Shown one piece after another: positions 19,802 through 31,237 of a stretch of DNA of 64,000 nucleotides. Origin of the DNA: Nitrospirota bacterium (GTDB lineage: Bacteria; Nitrospirota; UBA9217); contig CAWIYV010000009.1 in NCBI GenBank assembly GCA_963840455.1, positions 376,712 to 440,711 on the forward strand, given 5' to 3'. Position 1 is the first letter of the stretch; each line of letters opens with the position of its first letter. The notes under the pieces are model-generated. The model did not search any database and was not told the origin of the DNA. It saw only the letters and a list, made by a program, of their open reading frames with translations. A program made the position numbers and the translations under genes.

Positions 19802-20425
19802 ATGAAAGTATCGATCGTCGAAGATGATGTCCTGCTTCGCCAGAACCTCAAACTGCTCCTGAGTGGGGAGAGGGGGATATCGGTGGTCAGCGTCTACGGT
19901 TCCGCGGAAGAGGCTCTGTCGGGGATCAAGCGAACGCGTCCCGAGATCCTGCTTGCCGACATTGGACTGCCGGGCATGTCCGGGATCGAGCTCATCCGGG
20001 AACTCAAGGAGCAGATGCCGGGCCTCGAGATCATGGCGCACACGGTGTTCGATGACCGGGAAACGGTCTTCTCGGCCATCAAGGCGGGCGCGTCAGGCTA
20101 CCTCCTGAAGGGCAGCACGCCGCGGGAGCTCATTGATGCCCTTCACACGCTGGCGAAGGGCGGATCGCCCATGAGCCCGAAGATCGCCCGAAAGGTGATC
20201 CGTGAGTTCCAGGACGAGGGGATCGACGAGCAATACCTCCTGAGCCACCGGGAGACGGAGATCGTCAAGGAGATCGAGAACGGCCTGTCCTACAAGGACA
20301 TTGCCGTGAAGCTGGCCATCAGCCCCCACACCGTCCACACCCATATCAAGAACATCTATGAGAAGCTTCATGCCAAGGACAGGCAGGGTGCATTGGTCGC
20401 CGCGAGGAAGAAAGGGATCATATAA
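19802..20425 (+). CDS. NarL/LuxR-family response regulator
   Basis: REC domain (VEDD, DIGLPGMSG, GYLLK) plus LSHRETEI...ISPHTVHTHIKNIYEKL HTH. Confidence 0.93.
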   Translation: MKVSIVEDDVLLRQNLKLLLSGERGISVVSVYGSAEEALSGIKRTRPEILLADIGLPGMSGIELIRELKEQMPGLEIMAHTVFDDRETVFSAIKAGASGYLLKGSTPRELIDALHTLAKGGSPMSPKIARKVIREFQDEGIDEQYLLSHRETEIVKEIENGLSYKDIAVKLAISPHTVHTHIKNIYEKLHAKDRQGALVAARKKGII

Positions 20426-20611
20426 AGCCAGGAATCAGGAGCCTGGAATGAGGAGTCAGGAACACCATCTCTCGACCAGAAAGTTATTGCCCCCATCCCG
20501 AATCCACATGATCTTGAACTTTGAAGCTTGTCCGTTGCACCCCTCGTATTTTCCCCATACCCTAAAAATACCCTGCCCGGGTGATTCCGTTTTTCCCAAG
20601 CATCCTCTATA

Positions 20612-21319
20612 GTGTCTCCAGGTCCGCTGCATCCGAAGCGTTCCTTTTTTCCGTACGATGACACGGGGAGGCCGGCGATCGATTCATCCTTGCAAGACGA
20701 GGTCCTGCCGGCGCTGGAACCCGGAGAGAGGCTGCTGTGGGCCGGTCGGCCGGATCCGCGCAGGACCGCGTGGGCGAAGATCAGGCAAGCACCGCTCGGA
20801 GCTGCGTTCGTTCTGCTGTCCTTCCTGGCGTATCTTTCCTTCCTGCCGGCCATCGGCCCCTATTTCGGCGCTGATTCCCTGCTATTCTCCTTACGCCCGA
20901 TGGTCCTTGTCGCAGGTTCCCTCCTTGCCTTCTCCGGCATGCTCCCGCCCATGCTCGCATACCGGAGGGCACAGAGGTCTTTGTACGCGGCGACCGACAA
21001 ACGGGTCCTAGCCCTGACCCGGGGGTGTTCGGTAAAGGCGGTCCGGTACGAAGACATGCAGGTACCGCTCATGGACCTGCAACCTGATGGAAGCGGCGAC
21101 ATCCATTTCAATGGGAAATGCAGAGGCGACGGGACCGAACTCCAACCGCAGTTCCCGCATTTTCTGGGGGTCGGAGAGGCCGAGAGCGTCTACCAACTGC
21201 TCCTTGGCCGGATGCCGGGTGCTGATGACGGCCGGATAGCGTACGGTGCGGTGCATGATTACCTGGAACTGCTGTTCCAGGGGAAGAGGACCCTCGACGA
21301 AGACCCGCCTCGGGAATGA
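20612..21319 (+). CDS. Hypothetical membrane protein
   Basis: LEPGERLLWAGRP, two hydrophobic segments, YAATDKRVL...DGSGDI.F. Start uncertain. Confidence 0.65.
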   Translation: MSPGPLHPKRSFFPYDDTGRPAIDSSLQDEVLPALEPGERLLWAGRPDPRRTAWAKIRQAPLGAAFVLLSFLAYLSFLPAIGPYFGADSLLFSLRPMVLVAGSLLAFSGMLPPMLAYRRAQRSLYAATDKRVLALTRGCSVKAVRYEDMQVPLMDLQPDGSGDIHFNGKCRGDGTELQPQFPHFLGVGEAESVYQLLLGRMPGADDGRIAYGAVHDYLELLFQGKRTLDEDPPRE

Positions 21320-21711
21320 AGAACGATTCCGCCCCCGACCTTCCTCTGTAGATGGTTCCCGTAAAACATCCCTTGCACCTCGACGCAGAACACCGCAAGA
21401 AATATCCTTGACTCTTTCTGCTACGTTATGCATACTGAAATATCTTCAGCTATATTTAGCTGGAAGATAAAACAGGGCACTGGTATTCAGGGTTTTCTGT
21501 TCCCTGCGGTAGCCGACAACTTTTCATGCGCTGGTGTATTGCGGCTGGAAGGGTGCTCCTGGGCAGGATCGTGGCCCCCTTGTCACGGATCCTCCCCCTG
21601 GGACGGCATGAGTGCTGGTCACCGCTTCCTGAAGGGGGGCGTGCGCCGCGACCGCCGCTGATGAACACGTCCCCCCTGCGAGGACCGCGCATTCTCGCGG
21701 AACGCATTCCC

Positions 21712-23100
21712 ATGAACGATAAAGAGCTTTATATCAAGAAAAGCAGGGAACACCTCTTCAAATTGTGGGTGGTGAGGTCCGCCACGTACGGCGCGTTCCT
21801 GTTCCTCATGTTGAGCGGGCTTGATTATCTCGCCACGCCGGAGAACTTCAGGACCTTCTTCGTCTACCGGGTCTTCATCGCCCTCGTGCTCGTGACCATT
21901 GCGTTCGTGATCAAGGAGACCGATCCCTGGGGGATACGGTTCCACCAGGTCCTTGCGGCAGTCGCGATCGCCGCTTCTGCCGGGGCCATCGAGCTCATGA
22001 TCCTGCAGTTCGGCGGACATGAATCGCCGTACGCGGCAGGCCAGATCCTCCTGGGCGTTTGCGTGTTGGGATTCGTTCCGGCATGGATGTCCTTCCATGC
22101 TGTCAGCGCCCTGGTCATTTACGGCATCTATGCCGTGCCCATCCTGCTCTTCGACCGGCCGGAGCAGACCGCGATGTTCGTAAGTGCCAACGGATTTCTG
22201 ATTGGGGCGCTCATCTCATCGCTGGCCCTGCGGTTCATCAGCGAACGCTCCCTCGACACGGAACTTTCCCTCCAGTATGACCTGCTGCAGTCCGAACAGA
22301 AGTACCGGGATCTGTTCGAGAACGCCGTCGATCCCATCTTCGAGGTCGATGCGGACCTGAGGTATGTGGACGTGAACAAGAAGGCCACGGAGCTCACCGG
22401 CTTTACAAAGGAGGAACTCCTGCGCCGGACCATCTACGACATGGTCCCTCCCGATCAGGTGCCCCGGTCCGCAGCCGCGTTCGAGAGGCTGCGGCAGCGC
22501 GGCGCCTACGAGAAGTTCGAGGGTAAATTGCGCACGAAGGACGGCCGTTGGATTGACGTTGAGGTCAATTCCTCTGCGATCATCCGGGGAGGGAAGGTGG
22601 TTGGTTCGCAGGACTTCGTCCGGGAGATAACCGACCGGAACCAGCGCCAGAAGGCGCTGAAACGGTCCCATGAGGAACTGGTATAGAGTGTCAGAGCGCG
22701 CTCGACGGCGCGCACGGAAATGAACCGGGCGCTGGAGCGCGAGATCGCGGACCGCCGGTAGGCCGAGCAGAAGATCAGCGAGCAGCCCGAGCGGCAACGC
22801 TCGCTTACCGCCGTAGACGGAGCGATCATCTCGAGTCTCGAACTAAGCCTGACGCTGAATGCGTTCATCGAACAGTTGATGAACCAGCTCGGTGCCGACG
22901 CGGCCGCGGTCCTGCTCTATGACGCCGAACACCAGGAACTGACGTTCGCGGCGGAGCGGGGCTTCCGCTCGAACCGCATCAGGAAGGTCACCGCTCCGGA
23001 CAGAGCCTTGCCGGCACGGTCATCGCGCGTCGCAAGAACATCATCATTGCGGACCTCGAACGTACGGGCGGGCGTTATCCTACACCAGAGCGATATTCGT
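21712..23100 (+). pseudogene. Membrane-PAS-GAF sensor, disrupted and truncated
   Basis: TM region and PAS run to TAG 22684-22686. The coiled coil and GAF continue in shifted frames with stops, then decay. End approximate. A TTGACT-17-CATACT promoter lies at 21408-21436. Confidence 0.7.
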
Positions 23101-23254
23101 TCAAGGACGCATTTATTTAAGGATATCCGTATGCCGAGATTGATCACGCTCGAGAGCGGGTCGACTTTCGGGCTGACCGAGGCGGCGTGTACGTGATGAA
23201 TAAGATATAGATGCAGGTCGCGGACATCTCTGAGCAGGGAGCGCGATAACGAAC

Positions 23255-23288
23255 AAAAAAGCCTCCGTTCGTACTGAACGGGGGCTTT
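23255..23288. terminator. Terminator between convergent genes
   Basis: AAAAAA, then stem GCCTCCGTTC/GAACGGGGGC, then TTT. Confidence 0.7.
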
Positions 23289-23318
23289 GCTGTTTCGGAC
23301 CGGAAGCGAGGCGGCCGA

Positions 23319-23490
23319 TTACCGGGCGTACGTCTGCGCGGTTGTTGTACCGTTGATAATGGGAAAGAACTTCTTGAACTCCGACCGTTTGCCCATGTCG
23401 GAGAACTGGGGGGGCGACGACAGCGCCTTCTGATCGCCCACGGTCTTGCCCTGGGTAAAGGCGCTGTTGAGCATGGAGCAGGCGGTGTGA
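23319..23490 (-). pseudogene. C-terminal remnant of a paralog of 23527-24240
   Basis: SMLNSAFTQ...KALSSPPQFSDMGKRSEFKKFFPIING aligns with AMLDSALTQ...KSLSADPRFAGLSLRPEFRKYEPMIKG. Confidence 0.65.
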
Positions 23491-23526
23491 GCTGCGAGCC
23501 GCAAATGTTTTTGGCTCCGAGATCCG

Positions 23527-24240
23527 TCAGTTCGTGGCCTTGGCCGAGGCACCCTTGATCATGGGTTCATATTTTCTGAATTCCGGCCTCAGGGAGAGAC
23601 CCGCGAAGCGCGGATCAGCGCTTAAGGACTTCAGTTCATTGGCGAACTGATCCTGGGTCAATGCGCTGTCGAGCATGGCACTGGCATAGGCAAAGTCGCC
23701 AAGCAGATAATTGACCTGGAAGAGCATCCAGTCGAGGTTCGCGGAATGACCCCGGGCGACAGACCTCGCCTGACGCAGGAATTCATTGGCAGCAACGTAA
23801 TTCTCCTTATCCATTTCAGCCTGGCCGAGCAGGACATAGGGAACCGAATCCTTGGGCTGTGTAGCGATATACTGTTTCAGGAACCCGAGGGCCTTTTCTT
23901 CGTCCTGGCCCGCATGGATGAAGTAGAGCCCCATATACGCCGAGTTGGCGCCGTATTCCAGCGCCTTGAGGCAAAATTGCTCCTCCTGCGCCGGGGTGTT
24001 GTTCTCCCGTCCGGCGATCATGAGGTAAGCCTGTCCGATGTAGGACCTTGCAGCCGGGGAATAGGTCTTTGTTGCGTCGACCTTCCCGATGATCTTGTCA
24101 AATTGCTCGGCTGCGGCTAACGTCGAGAACTCTTTGCACGCGGCGTCTTTCGCGGAACACGGGCTCTCCGTGGCCATGGCAACGGACTGTCCTGAAATGA
24201 TAATACCGACCGCCATAATGATACCGACGAAATGCTTCAT
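23527..24240 (-). CDS. Exported TPR-like hypothetical protein
   Basis: GGAGG RBS, signal peptide, helical repeats (PYVLLGQAEM...). Confidence 0.75.
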   Translation of the reverse strand: MKHFVGIIMAVGIIISGQSVAMATESPCSAKDAACKEFSTLAAAEQFDKIIGKVDATKTYSPAARSYIGQAYLMIAGRENNTPAQEEQFCLKALEYGANSAYMGLYFIHAGQDEEKALGFLKQYIATQPKDSVPYVLLGQAEMDKENYVAANEFLRQARSVARGHSANLDWMLFQVNYLLGDFAYASAMLDSALTQDQFANELKSLSADPRFAGLSLRPEFRKYEPMIKGASAKATN

Positions 24241-24667
24241 GGACCGCCTCCTGGAATGAAATATTTCTTACAGCAAGTCATTGCATGAAGGTATTATTAC
24301 ATGCGAGGGGGGATGTCTATCTGCGATCAGCATCATAAATTGGATAGAACATACTCTAACTTCTGATTCCTGTCAACAATAATATTTGTTATAAGCAAAT
24401 AAAATATGTTTATTGGTGGCCGGCGTATGTGGACAGGCATGCTGGTCTAAGGGCCGAAGAAGATGCCGCTTCACGAACGCTCCATGATAATACGATAGAA
24501 GAGCATCTCGATTATCCTTCGGAGTCAACCGATCAATGAATCCAGGAGCAAGTGCATCCCCCGCAGCCCGCTGCAGCGAACGTCAACAATACGTTTGCAT
24601 GGAAAGGCAAGATCACGATATTCCGCATTGATTGACACGTCTCGGAGCAATGGAGTAATATCTAGGC

Positions 24668-26674
24668 ATGCCGAAATTCCAGATCAGGTCAGACTTCAAG
24701 CCCACCGGAGATCAACCCCAGGCTATCGAGAGGCTTTCCGACGGCATCATCAAAGGCCTGAAGCACCAGGTCCTGCTCGGCGTGACCGGGTCGGGCAAGA
24801 CCTTCACCATGGCGAACGTGATCGAGCGGGTCCAGCGGCCCACGCTGGTGATCGCGCACAACAAGACACTGGCGGCGCAGCTCTACAACGAGTTCAAGGA
24901 GCTCTTCCCCGATAACGCGGTGGAGTACTTCGTTTCCTATTACGACTATTACCAGCCCGAGGCCTACCTCCCGACAACGGATACGTACATCGAGAAGGAC
25001 TCGGCCATCAACGAGCAGATCGACCGCATGCGCCACGCCGCGACCAACTCGCTGTTCGAGCGGAACGATGTGGTCGTGGTGGCTTCGGTCTCGTGCATCT
25101 ACGGCCTCGGTTCGCCCGAGGCGTACCACGGCATGCTGCTGTTCCTCGAGAAGGGCCAGCATATCGAACGGAACGACATGCTCCGGAAGCTCGTGGATAT
25201 CCAGTACTCGCGCAACGACTTCGATTTCCACCGCGGCACCTTCCGGGTGCGGGGCGACGTGTGCGAGATCTTTCCGGCATCCCACGAGAACACGGCCATC
25301 CGCATCGAGCTGTTCGGCGACGAGATCGACAACATCGTGGAGTTCGATCCGCTGCTCGGCACGCCGCTCAAGAAGCTCGAAAAGATCGCCATCTATCCGA
25401 ACAGCCACTACGTGATCCCCGAGTCGCGCATGAAGGCGGCCATCGACGGCATCCACGACGAGCTTCGGGAGCGCATCCAGTATTTTCGCAAGGCGAACAA
25501 GCTCATCGAGGCGCAGCGCATCGAACAGCGCACCCTGTTCGACCTCGAGATGATCCAGGAGATGGGTTTCTGCCACGGCATCGAGAACTATTCGCGCCAT
25601 CTCTCGGGCAGGGTCCCCGGCGAGCCGCCGCCCACGCTGCTCGACTATTTCCCGAAGGACTACCTCCTGGTCGTCGATGAGTCGCACGCGACCATCCCGC
25701 AGATCGGCGGAATGTTCAACGGCGACAAAGCGCGGAAGACCACGCTCGTGGAGTACGGCTTCCGCCTCCCTTCGGCGCTGGACAACCGGCCGCTCAACTT
25801 CGACGAGTTCAACGCCCGGGTGAGCCAGACCGTATACGTGTCGGCAACGCCGGCGGATTACGAGACAGAGAAGGCGGGCAACAGGATCATCGAGCAGGTC
25901 ATCCGTCCCACGGGACTCACTGACCCGACGATCAGTATCAGGCCGGTCAAGGGACAGGTGGACGATCTGCTGGACGAGGTGCGGAAGCGGGCGGAACAGA
26001 AGGAGCGGGTGCTGGTCACGACGCTCACGAAGCGCATGGCAGAGGACCTGACGGAGCATTATAAGGAACTGAACGTCAAGGTGGCGTACCTGCATTCCGA
26101 TATCGATACCCTGGAGCGGGTGGACATCATTCGTGACCTGCGTATGGGAAAGTACGACGTGCTGATCGGCATCAATCTCCTGCGCGAGGGGCTCGACATC
26201 CCCGAGGTCTCGCTCGTGGCGATCCTTGACGCGGACAAGGAAGGATTCCTGCGGTCCGCGCGGTCGCTCATCCAGACCATGGGCAGGGCAGCGCGGCATG
26301 TGAACGGCGAGGTGGTCCTCTATGCCGACATCATCACCGATTCCATGCGGAAGGCCATCAATGAAACGAACCGGCGCCGTACTGTCCAGGTGGAGTATAA
26401 CCGGGATCACAACATCACGCCGCAGTCCATCAAGAAGAACATCCAGGCCGCGCTCCGGACCGTGTACGAACAGGATTACTTCACCGTGCCGATCGCAGCC
26501 GAAGAAGCAGGCGAGTATGTGCCGACGGTGAACATCCCAGCGCTCATTGCTTCGCTCGATAAACAGATGCGCGCAGCGGCAAAGCAGCTGGACTTCGAGA
26601 CAGCGGCGGAACTGCGCGACAAGATCCGGTCCCTCCGGCAGCAGGAGATGGCCGTCGGGGTGAAGGTGGAGTAG
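24668..26674 (+). CDS. uvrB: Excinuclease ABC subunit B
   Basis: [35 protein letters not shown] and a C-terminal UVR domain. Confidence 0.98.
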   Translation: MPKFQIRSDFKPTGDQPQAIERLSDGIIKGLKHQVLLGVTGSGKTFTMANVIERVQRPTLVIAHNKTLAAQLYNEFKELFPDNAVEYFVSYYDYYQPEAYLPTTDTYIEKDSAINEQIDRMRHAATNSLFERNDVVVVASVSCIYGLGSPEAYHGMLLFLEKGQHIERNDMLRKLVDIQYSRNDFDFHRGTFRVRGDVCEIFPASHENTAIRIELFGDEIDNIVEFDPLLGTPLKKLEKIAIYPNSHYVIPESRMKAAIDGIHDELRERIQYFRKANKLIEAQRIEQRTLFDLEMIQEMGFCHGIENYSRHLSGRVPGEPPPTLLDYFPKDYLLVVDESHATIPQIGGMFNGDKARKTTLVEYGFRLPSALDNRPLNFDEFNARVSQTVYVSATPADYETEKAGNRIIEQVIRPTGLTDPTISIRPVKGQVDDLLDEVRKRAEQKERVLVTTLTKRMAEDLTEHYKELNVKVAYLHSDIDTLERVDIIRDLRMGKYDVLIGINLLREGLDIPEVSLVAILDADKEGFLRSARSLIQTMGRAARHVNGEVVLYADIITDSMRKAINETNRRRTVQVEYNRDHNITPQSIKKNIQAALRTVYEQDYFTVPIAAEEAGEYVPTVNIPALIASLDKQMRAAAKQLDFETAAELRDKIRSLRQQEMAVGVKVE

Positions 26675-26806
26675 AATGGCAGGCCAAAAGGGGCAAGCGT
26701 CCGGAGCCCGGAGTCCAGAAAACAGGGGGCTCGTTGCATGTCTCCGTGTTCATCCGCCTGTCCTCCGATGTTGTAACCGGGGACGTGTATCCGTGGCTAA
26801 TAAATA

Positions 26807-28655
26807 ATGACCCTTCCTGAAAAACTCCAGAACCTGCCGGACGAACCGGGCGTCTATCTGATGAAGGACCACGCCGGCCACATCATCTACGTCGGCAAGG
26901 CCGTCTCCCTGAAGAGCCGGGTGCGGTCGTATTTCCAGAAGAGCGCCAAGGACGAGAAGACCGAGGCGCTGGTGCGCATCATCGCGGACCTCGAGACCAT
27001 TGTTACGCACACGGAGCTCGAGGCGCTGATCCTCGAGTCCACGCTCATCAAGAAGCACCATCCGCGCTTCAACATCATCCTTCGCGATGACAAGAACTAT
27101 CCCTACCTCAGGCTTGACCTGAAGGCAGAATATCCCCGCCTTGATGTGGTCCGGGGTTTGAAGAAGGACGGCGCGGTCTATTATGGGCCCTACGTGCCTG
27201 CGGGCGGCATGTGGGAGATCCTGTCGCTCATCCGGCGCACCTTCCCGCTGGCAACGTGCCGGAAGGAGTTCAACCGGGAGAAGCCTGAACGGCCCTGCGT
27301 GCAGCACCAGATCGGCAGGTGCATGGCGCCGTGCGCGGGTGATGTCGATCCTGCGGTCTATAAGGACGTGGTCTCCCAGGTGCGGCTGTTCATCGAAGGC
27401 AAGAACCGGGACCTCGTCGAGATGCTGAAGCAGCGCATGGAAGAGGCATCGGAAAGGATGGAGTTCGAGCGGGCGGCCGAACTGCGGGACCGCATCGCCC
27501 GGATCGAAGGGGCCTTCGAGAAGCAGAAGATCATCTCGCCGGGCTTCGAGAACCAGGACGTGATCGGCATCGCGACTGAAGGGGGCCACAGCGGACATCC
27601 AGGTGCTCTTCGTCCGGAACGGGATGCTGCTGGGCAGGAAGGATTTCCACTTTACCGACCTGCACGGCTTGGCAGGCGAGGAACTGCTGACGGATTTCCT
27701 GCACCAGTTCTACGCCAAGGAGATGATCGTGCCAGCCGAGGTGCTGTTGCCGTTCGACGTGCCGGACCGGCAGGTTGTCGAGAGCTGGCTTACGGCAAAG
27801 CGAGGGGCGAAGGTGGAGGTGTCCGCGCCCCAGCGCGGCAGGAAGCGTGAGCTGGTGCAGATGGCGTCCGACAACGCTGCGCAGTCGCTCAAGGAGCAGA
27901 TGCTCTCCCGCAAGAGCAAAGAGCGCGTCCTCCTCCGGTTGCAGGAGGAGCTGGGGCTCAGGAACCTGCCGCGCCGCATCGAAGCCTTCGACATCTCGAA
28001 CATCCAGGGGACCGAGGTGGTCGCAAGCATGGTCTCTTTCGAGAACAACCTGCCGGACAAGCGGAACTACAAGCGGTTCAAGATACGGTCCGTCGAGGGA
28101 CAGGACGACTTCGCGAGCATGGCCGAGGTGGTCCGGCGGCGGTATGCGAGAGCGAAGGAAGAGGGCAGTCTTCCGGACCTCATCCTGATCGACGGCGGCA
28201 AAGGCCAGCTGAACGCGGCATTGGATGCGCTGATCGAATTGGACGTCAAAGGGCCCGACATCATCGGCCTCGCAAAGGCGCGGAGCGGGGAGGAAGGATC
28301 GACGCGTGAGTTCGAGCGGGTCTTCCTGCCGGGCGTGGAGGAGCCAATCATCCTCGAGCCCACGAGTTCGACCACGCATCTGGTCGCGCGGGTGCGCGAC
28401 GAGGCGCACCGCTTCGCCATCGAATATCACCGGAAGCTGCGGGAAAAGAAGGCGGTGCGGTCGGAGCTGGACGACATCCCGGGGATTGGCGACGCGCGGA
28501 AGAAGGCGCTGCTCCGGCACTTCGGCAGCCTCGCGAAGATCAAAGAGGCGACCGCAGAAGAACTGACATCCGTTAAGGGGATGACGAAGAACGCTGCGGA
28601 AGAGATTGTGAACTTCTACCGCGGGGCCGGGGTCCAGGGGCCAGGACCTAAATAG
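26807..28655 (+). CDS. uvrC: Excinuclease ABC subunit C, +1 frameshift near 27590
   Basis: GIY-YIG N-terminus (PGVYLM...YVGKA) in one frame; RIEAFDISN, PDLILIDGGKGQ and HhH in the next frame. Confidence 0.92.
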
Positions 28656-28692
28656 ACTATAATTAAGAGAAACGACGTTGTTAGGAGATGTT

Positions 28693-29535
28693 ATGACGAA
28701 CGAACAATGGCTGGAAATCTTCAAGGACATCGGCCGGCAAATGCACGCCGGCATCGCCGAGTTCCTCTCGCGCGAAGGCGGCGCCGTCCCGCTCGGCAAG
28801 GGCGCAGGTGGGGACAAGACCTTTCCGGTGGACAAGTGGGCCGAGGATATCATCCTTGCCTCGCTCGAGAAGGCCCATAATGAGGGCGAATCGTTCACGC
28901 TCATCTCCGAGGAGCTGGGCATCCGAAAGTTCGGCGACGGAATGACGGTCGTGCTCGTGGACCCCATCGACGGGAGCAACAACGCGAAGAACGGCGTGCC
29001 GTTCTTCGCAACGTCTCTTGCGCTCCTGAACGGCGACACACTGTCCACCCTGGCCGTAGGCTACGTCATCAACCTCGCCGTGGGGGACGAGTTCTGGGCG
29101 GTCCGGGGTCAAGGGGCCTTCAAGAACGGCTCGCGCATCCGGACGCCGGCGACCGACGCTGTCACCATCGTGGCCTACGAGGCCTCTGACCCGGCGAAAG
29201 ACCTCCCGCGCATCTTCCCGCTCATCGCCCAGGCGAAGCGCACGCGGTGCTTCGGTTCCACGGCGCTGGACCTCGCCCTTCTCGCGTCGGGCGGGTTCAG
29301 CGTGTTCGCAACGGCCACGGCATCGCGTGCCTTCGACTACGCGGCGGGGATGCTGATCGTCGAGGAGGCGAACGGCGTTATCACCGATCTCGAGGGGACG
29401 TCGCTCGATCACATCATCGCGGGCCTCGGCAGGACCGTGCCGCTGCTGGCAAGCAAGAACGATGCGACGCATGTGAAGGCGCTGAATATTCTGTCCCCGG
29501 GGATCAGCAGAACAGCTCGGTCCACAGAGGGATAA
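28693..29535 (+). CDS. Inositol monophosphatase / FBPase family protein
   Basis: SEE, VDPIDGSNN and FDYAAG motifs. Confidence 0.9.
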   Translation: MTNEQWLEIFKDIGRQMHAGIAEFLSREGGAVPLGKGAGGDKTFPVDKWAEDIILASLEKAHNEGESFTLISEELGIRKFGDGMTVVLVDPIDGSNNAKNGVPFFATSLALLNGDTLSTLAVGYVINLAVGDEFWAVRGQGAFKNGSRIRTPATDAVTIVAYEASDPAKDLPRIFPLIAQAKRTRCFGSTALDLALLASGGFSVFATATASRAFDYAAGMLIVEEANGVITDLEGTSLDHIIAGLGRTVPLLASKNDATHVKALNILSPGISRTARSTEG

Positions 29536-29584
29536 TCGCCCCCGCAGTATTGACATCCCTTTCTTTTTATGCAATCATGACCAT

Positions 29585-30505
29585 ATGGCACTGGTAAATC
29601 ACACCACACGCGAGATCAACGCGAAGATCGTGTATTACGGGCCGGGCCTCTCCGGCAAGACCACCAACATCCACTTCATCTATCATCGCATCTCCCCCAA
29701 CCAGCGCGGCAAGCTCATCTCGCTCGCCACCGAAACGGACCGGACGCTGTTCTTTGACTTCCTGCCCGTGGAGCTGGGGACCATCAAGAACTACAAGGTG
29801 CGGTTCCATCTCTACACCGTGCCCGGACAGGTATTCTACAACGCCACCCGCAAGCTGGTCCTCAAGGGCGCCGACGGCGTGATCTTCGTCGCCGATTCGC
29901 AGCGGACCATGGTAGACGCGAACCTCGAGAGCCTCGCGAACCTTAAGGACAACTTCACCGACATGGGCATCGACCTCACGGACTTTCCCGTGGTCCTGCA
30001 GTACAACAAGCGCGACCTTCCGGATGTGATGACACTGGAGGAGATGAACGCCAGGTTGAATCCCGCCAATACGCCGTTCTACGAGGCGGTGGCCCCGAAC
30101 GGCAACGGTGTGCTCAAGACCTTTGCGGCCATCTCCAAGCTGGTACTCCAGGACATGCAGAAGAACCCCGAGCGCCACAACTTCTCCGCCGGGGACATCG
30201 TGGCAAAGACCGAGGAAGAGTCCCGCGAAGCCCCGCTGCCGCGCAACCTCGTTCCCGAGCCGGAGCCGGCCCTGCCGGACGCGCCATTGGGCGAGTCGAA
30301 ACCCGCCATGGCGGCGCTGGAAAAGACCGTGGAGAAAGGCATCAAGGTTGAGCTCGGCAAGCCCTTCCTGGAGAACGGTCAGATCATGCTGCCCTTCGAG
30401 CTGCTTTCAAGGAACGCCAGGGAGCAGTACCAGCTCAGGGTCTCCATCAACACCGACGCACCCGCGGCCAAGCGGTTCAAGGTGATGGTCAAGGGATTCA
30501 AATAG
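29585..30505 (+). CDS. mglA: MglA-like small GTPase with C-terminal extension
   Basis: KIVYYGPGLSGKTTN, TETDRTLFFDFLP, YTVPGQVFY and NKRD. Confidence 0.85.
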   Translation: MALVNHTTREINAKIVYYGPGLSGKTTNIHFIYHRISPNQRGKLISLATETDRTLFFDFLPVELGTIKNYKVRFHLYTVPGQVFYNATRKLVLKGADGVIFVADSQRTMVDANLESLANLKDNFTDMGIDLTDFPVVLQYNKRDLPDVMTLEEMNARLNPANTPFYEAVAPNGNGVLKTFAAISKLVLQDMQKNPERHNFSAGDIVAKTEEESREAPLPRNLVPEPEPALPDAPLGESKPAMAALEKTVEKGIKVELGKPFLENGQIMLPFELLSRNAREQYQLRVSINTDAPAAKRFKVMVKGFK

Positions 30506-30547
30506 GGATCATCAGCACGCGGCCGCGGACCGCGGCATGAGGCTCCT

Positions 30548-31237
30548 ATGTCCAAGGTTACGGCACTGGTCCCCGCGGCGGGAATGGGAAAACGGATGGG
30601 GAAGGCAGTGGCGAAGCAGTTCCTTCCCCTCGGCGGCAAGCCCATGCTCGCTCACACGCTTCTCGCCTTCCAACGCGCCCCTGAGATCGACGAGATCATC
30701 CCCATCCTATCCGAAGAAGACATGGAAACCTGCCTCCGCGACGTGATCGAGGCATTTCACCTCACCAAGGTAAAGACCCTGGTGGTGGGCGGCAAGGAGC
30801 GGCAGGACTCGGTCTACAACGGGATCGGGAAGCTCGAGAAGGATGCCGCGGTCGTCCTGGTGCATGATGGGGTCAGGCCGTTCGTGACCCATGAGATGAT
30901 CCGGGAGTGCGTCGAGTCTGCACGGAAGGGTGAATGCGTCGCCGTGGGCGTGCCGCTCAAGGACACGGTCAAGGAAGTGGACAGCAAAGGGATCGTCCGC
31001 CAGACCCTGGAGCGGAGCAGGCTCTGGGCCATCCAGACGCCGCAGGCGTTTCCCGTGAAGGTCCTCCGGAAGGCCTACGATGAGTCGTATAAGAACAAGG
31101 TCTACGGCACTGACGACGCGACCCTTGTCGAGCGCTCCGGCACCAAGGTGAGAGTGCTGATGGGGAGCTACGAGAACATCAAGATCACGACACCCGAGGA
31201 CTTGATGCTCGCGGAGGAGATCCTGAAGAGAAGATGA
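30548..31237 (+). CDS. ispD: 2-C-methyl-D-erythritol 4-phosphate cytidylyltransferase
   Basis: PAAG.GKRM...KQF, GG.ERQDSV, HDGVRP, QTPQ and NIKITTPED. Confidence 0.95.
   Translation: MSKVTALVPAAGMGKRMGKAVAKQFLPLGGKPMLAHTLLAFQRAPEIDEIIPILSEEDMETCLRDVIEAFHLTKVKTLVVGGKERQDSVYNGIGKLEKDAAVVLVHDGVRPFVTHEMIRECVESARKGECVAVGVPLKDTVKEVDSKGIVRQTLERSRLWAIQTPQAFPVKVLRKAYDESYKNKVYGTDDATLVERSGTKVRVLMGSYENIKITTPEDLMLAEEILKRR

Noticed and set aside
24689-26410. Long antisense ORFs (here and opposite dsrK, dsrN, the kinase and others)
   Set aside because: Expected shadows of high-GC codon bias opposite well-identified genes; no recognisable motifs.
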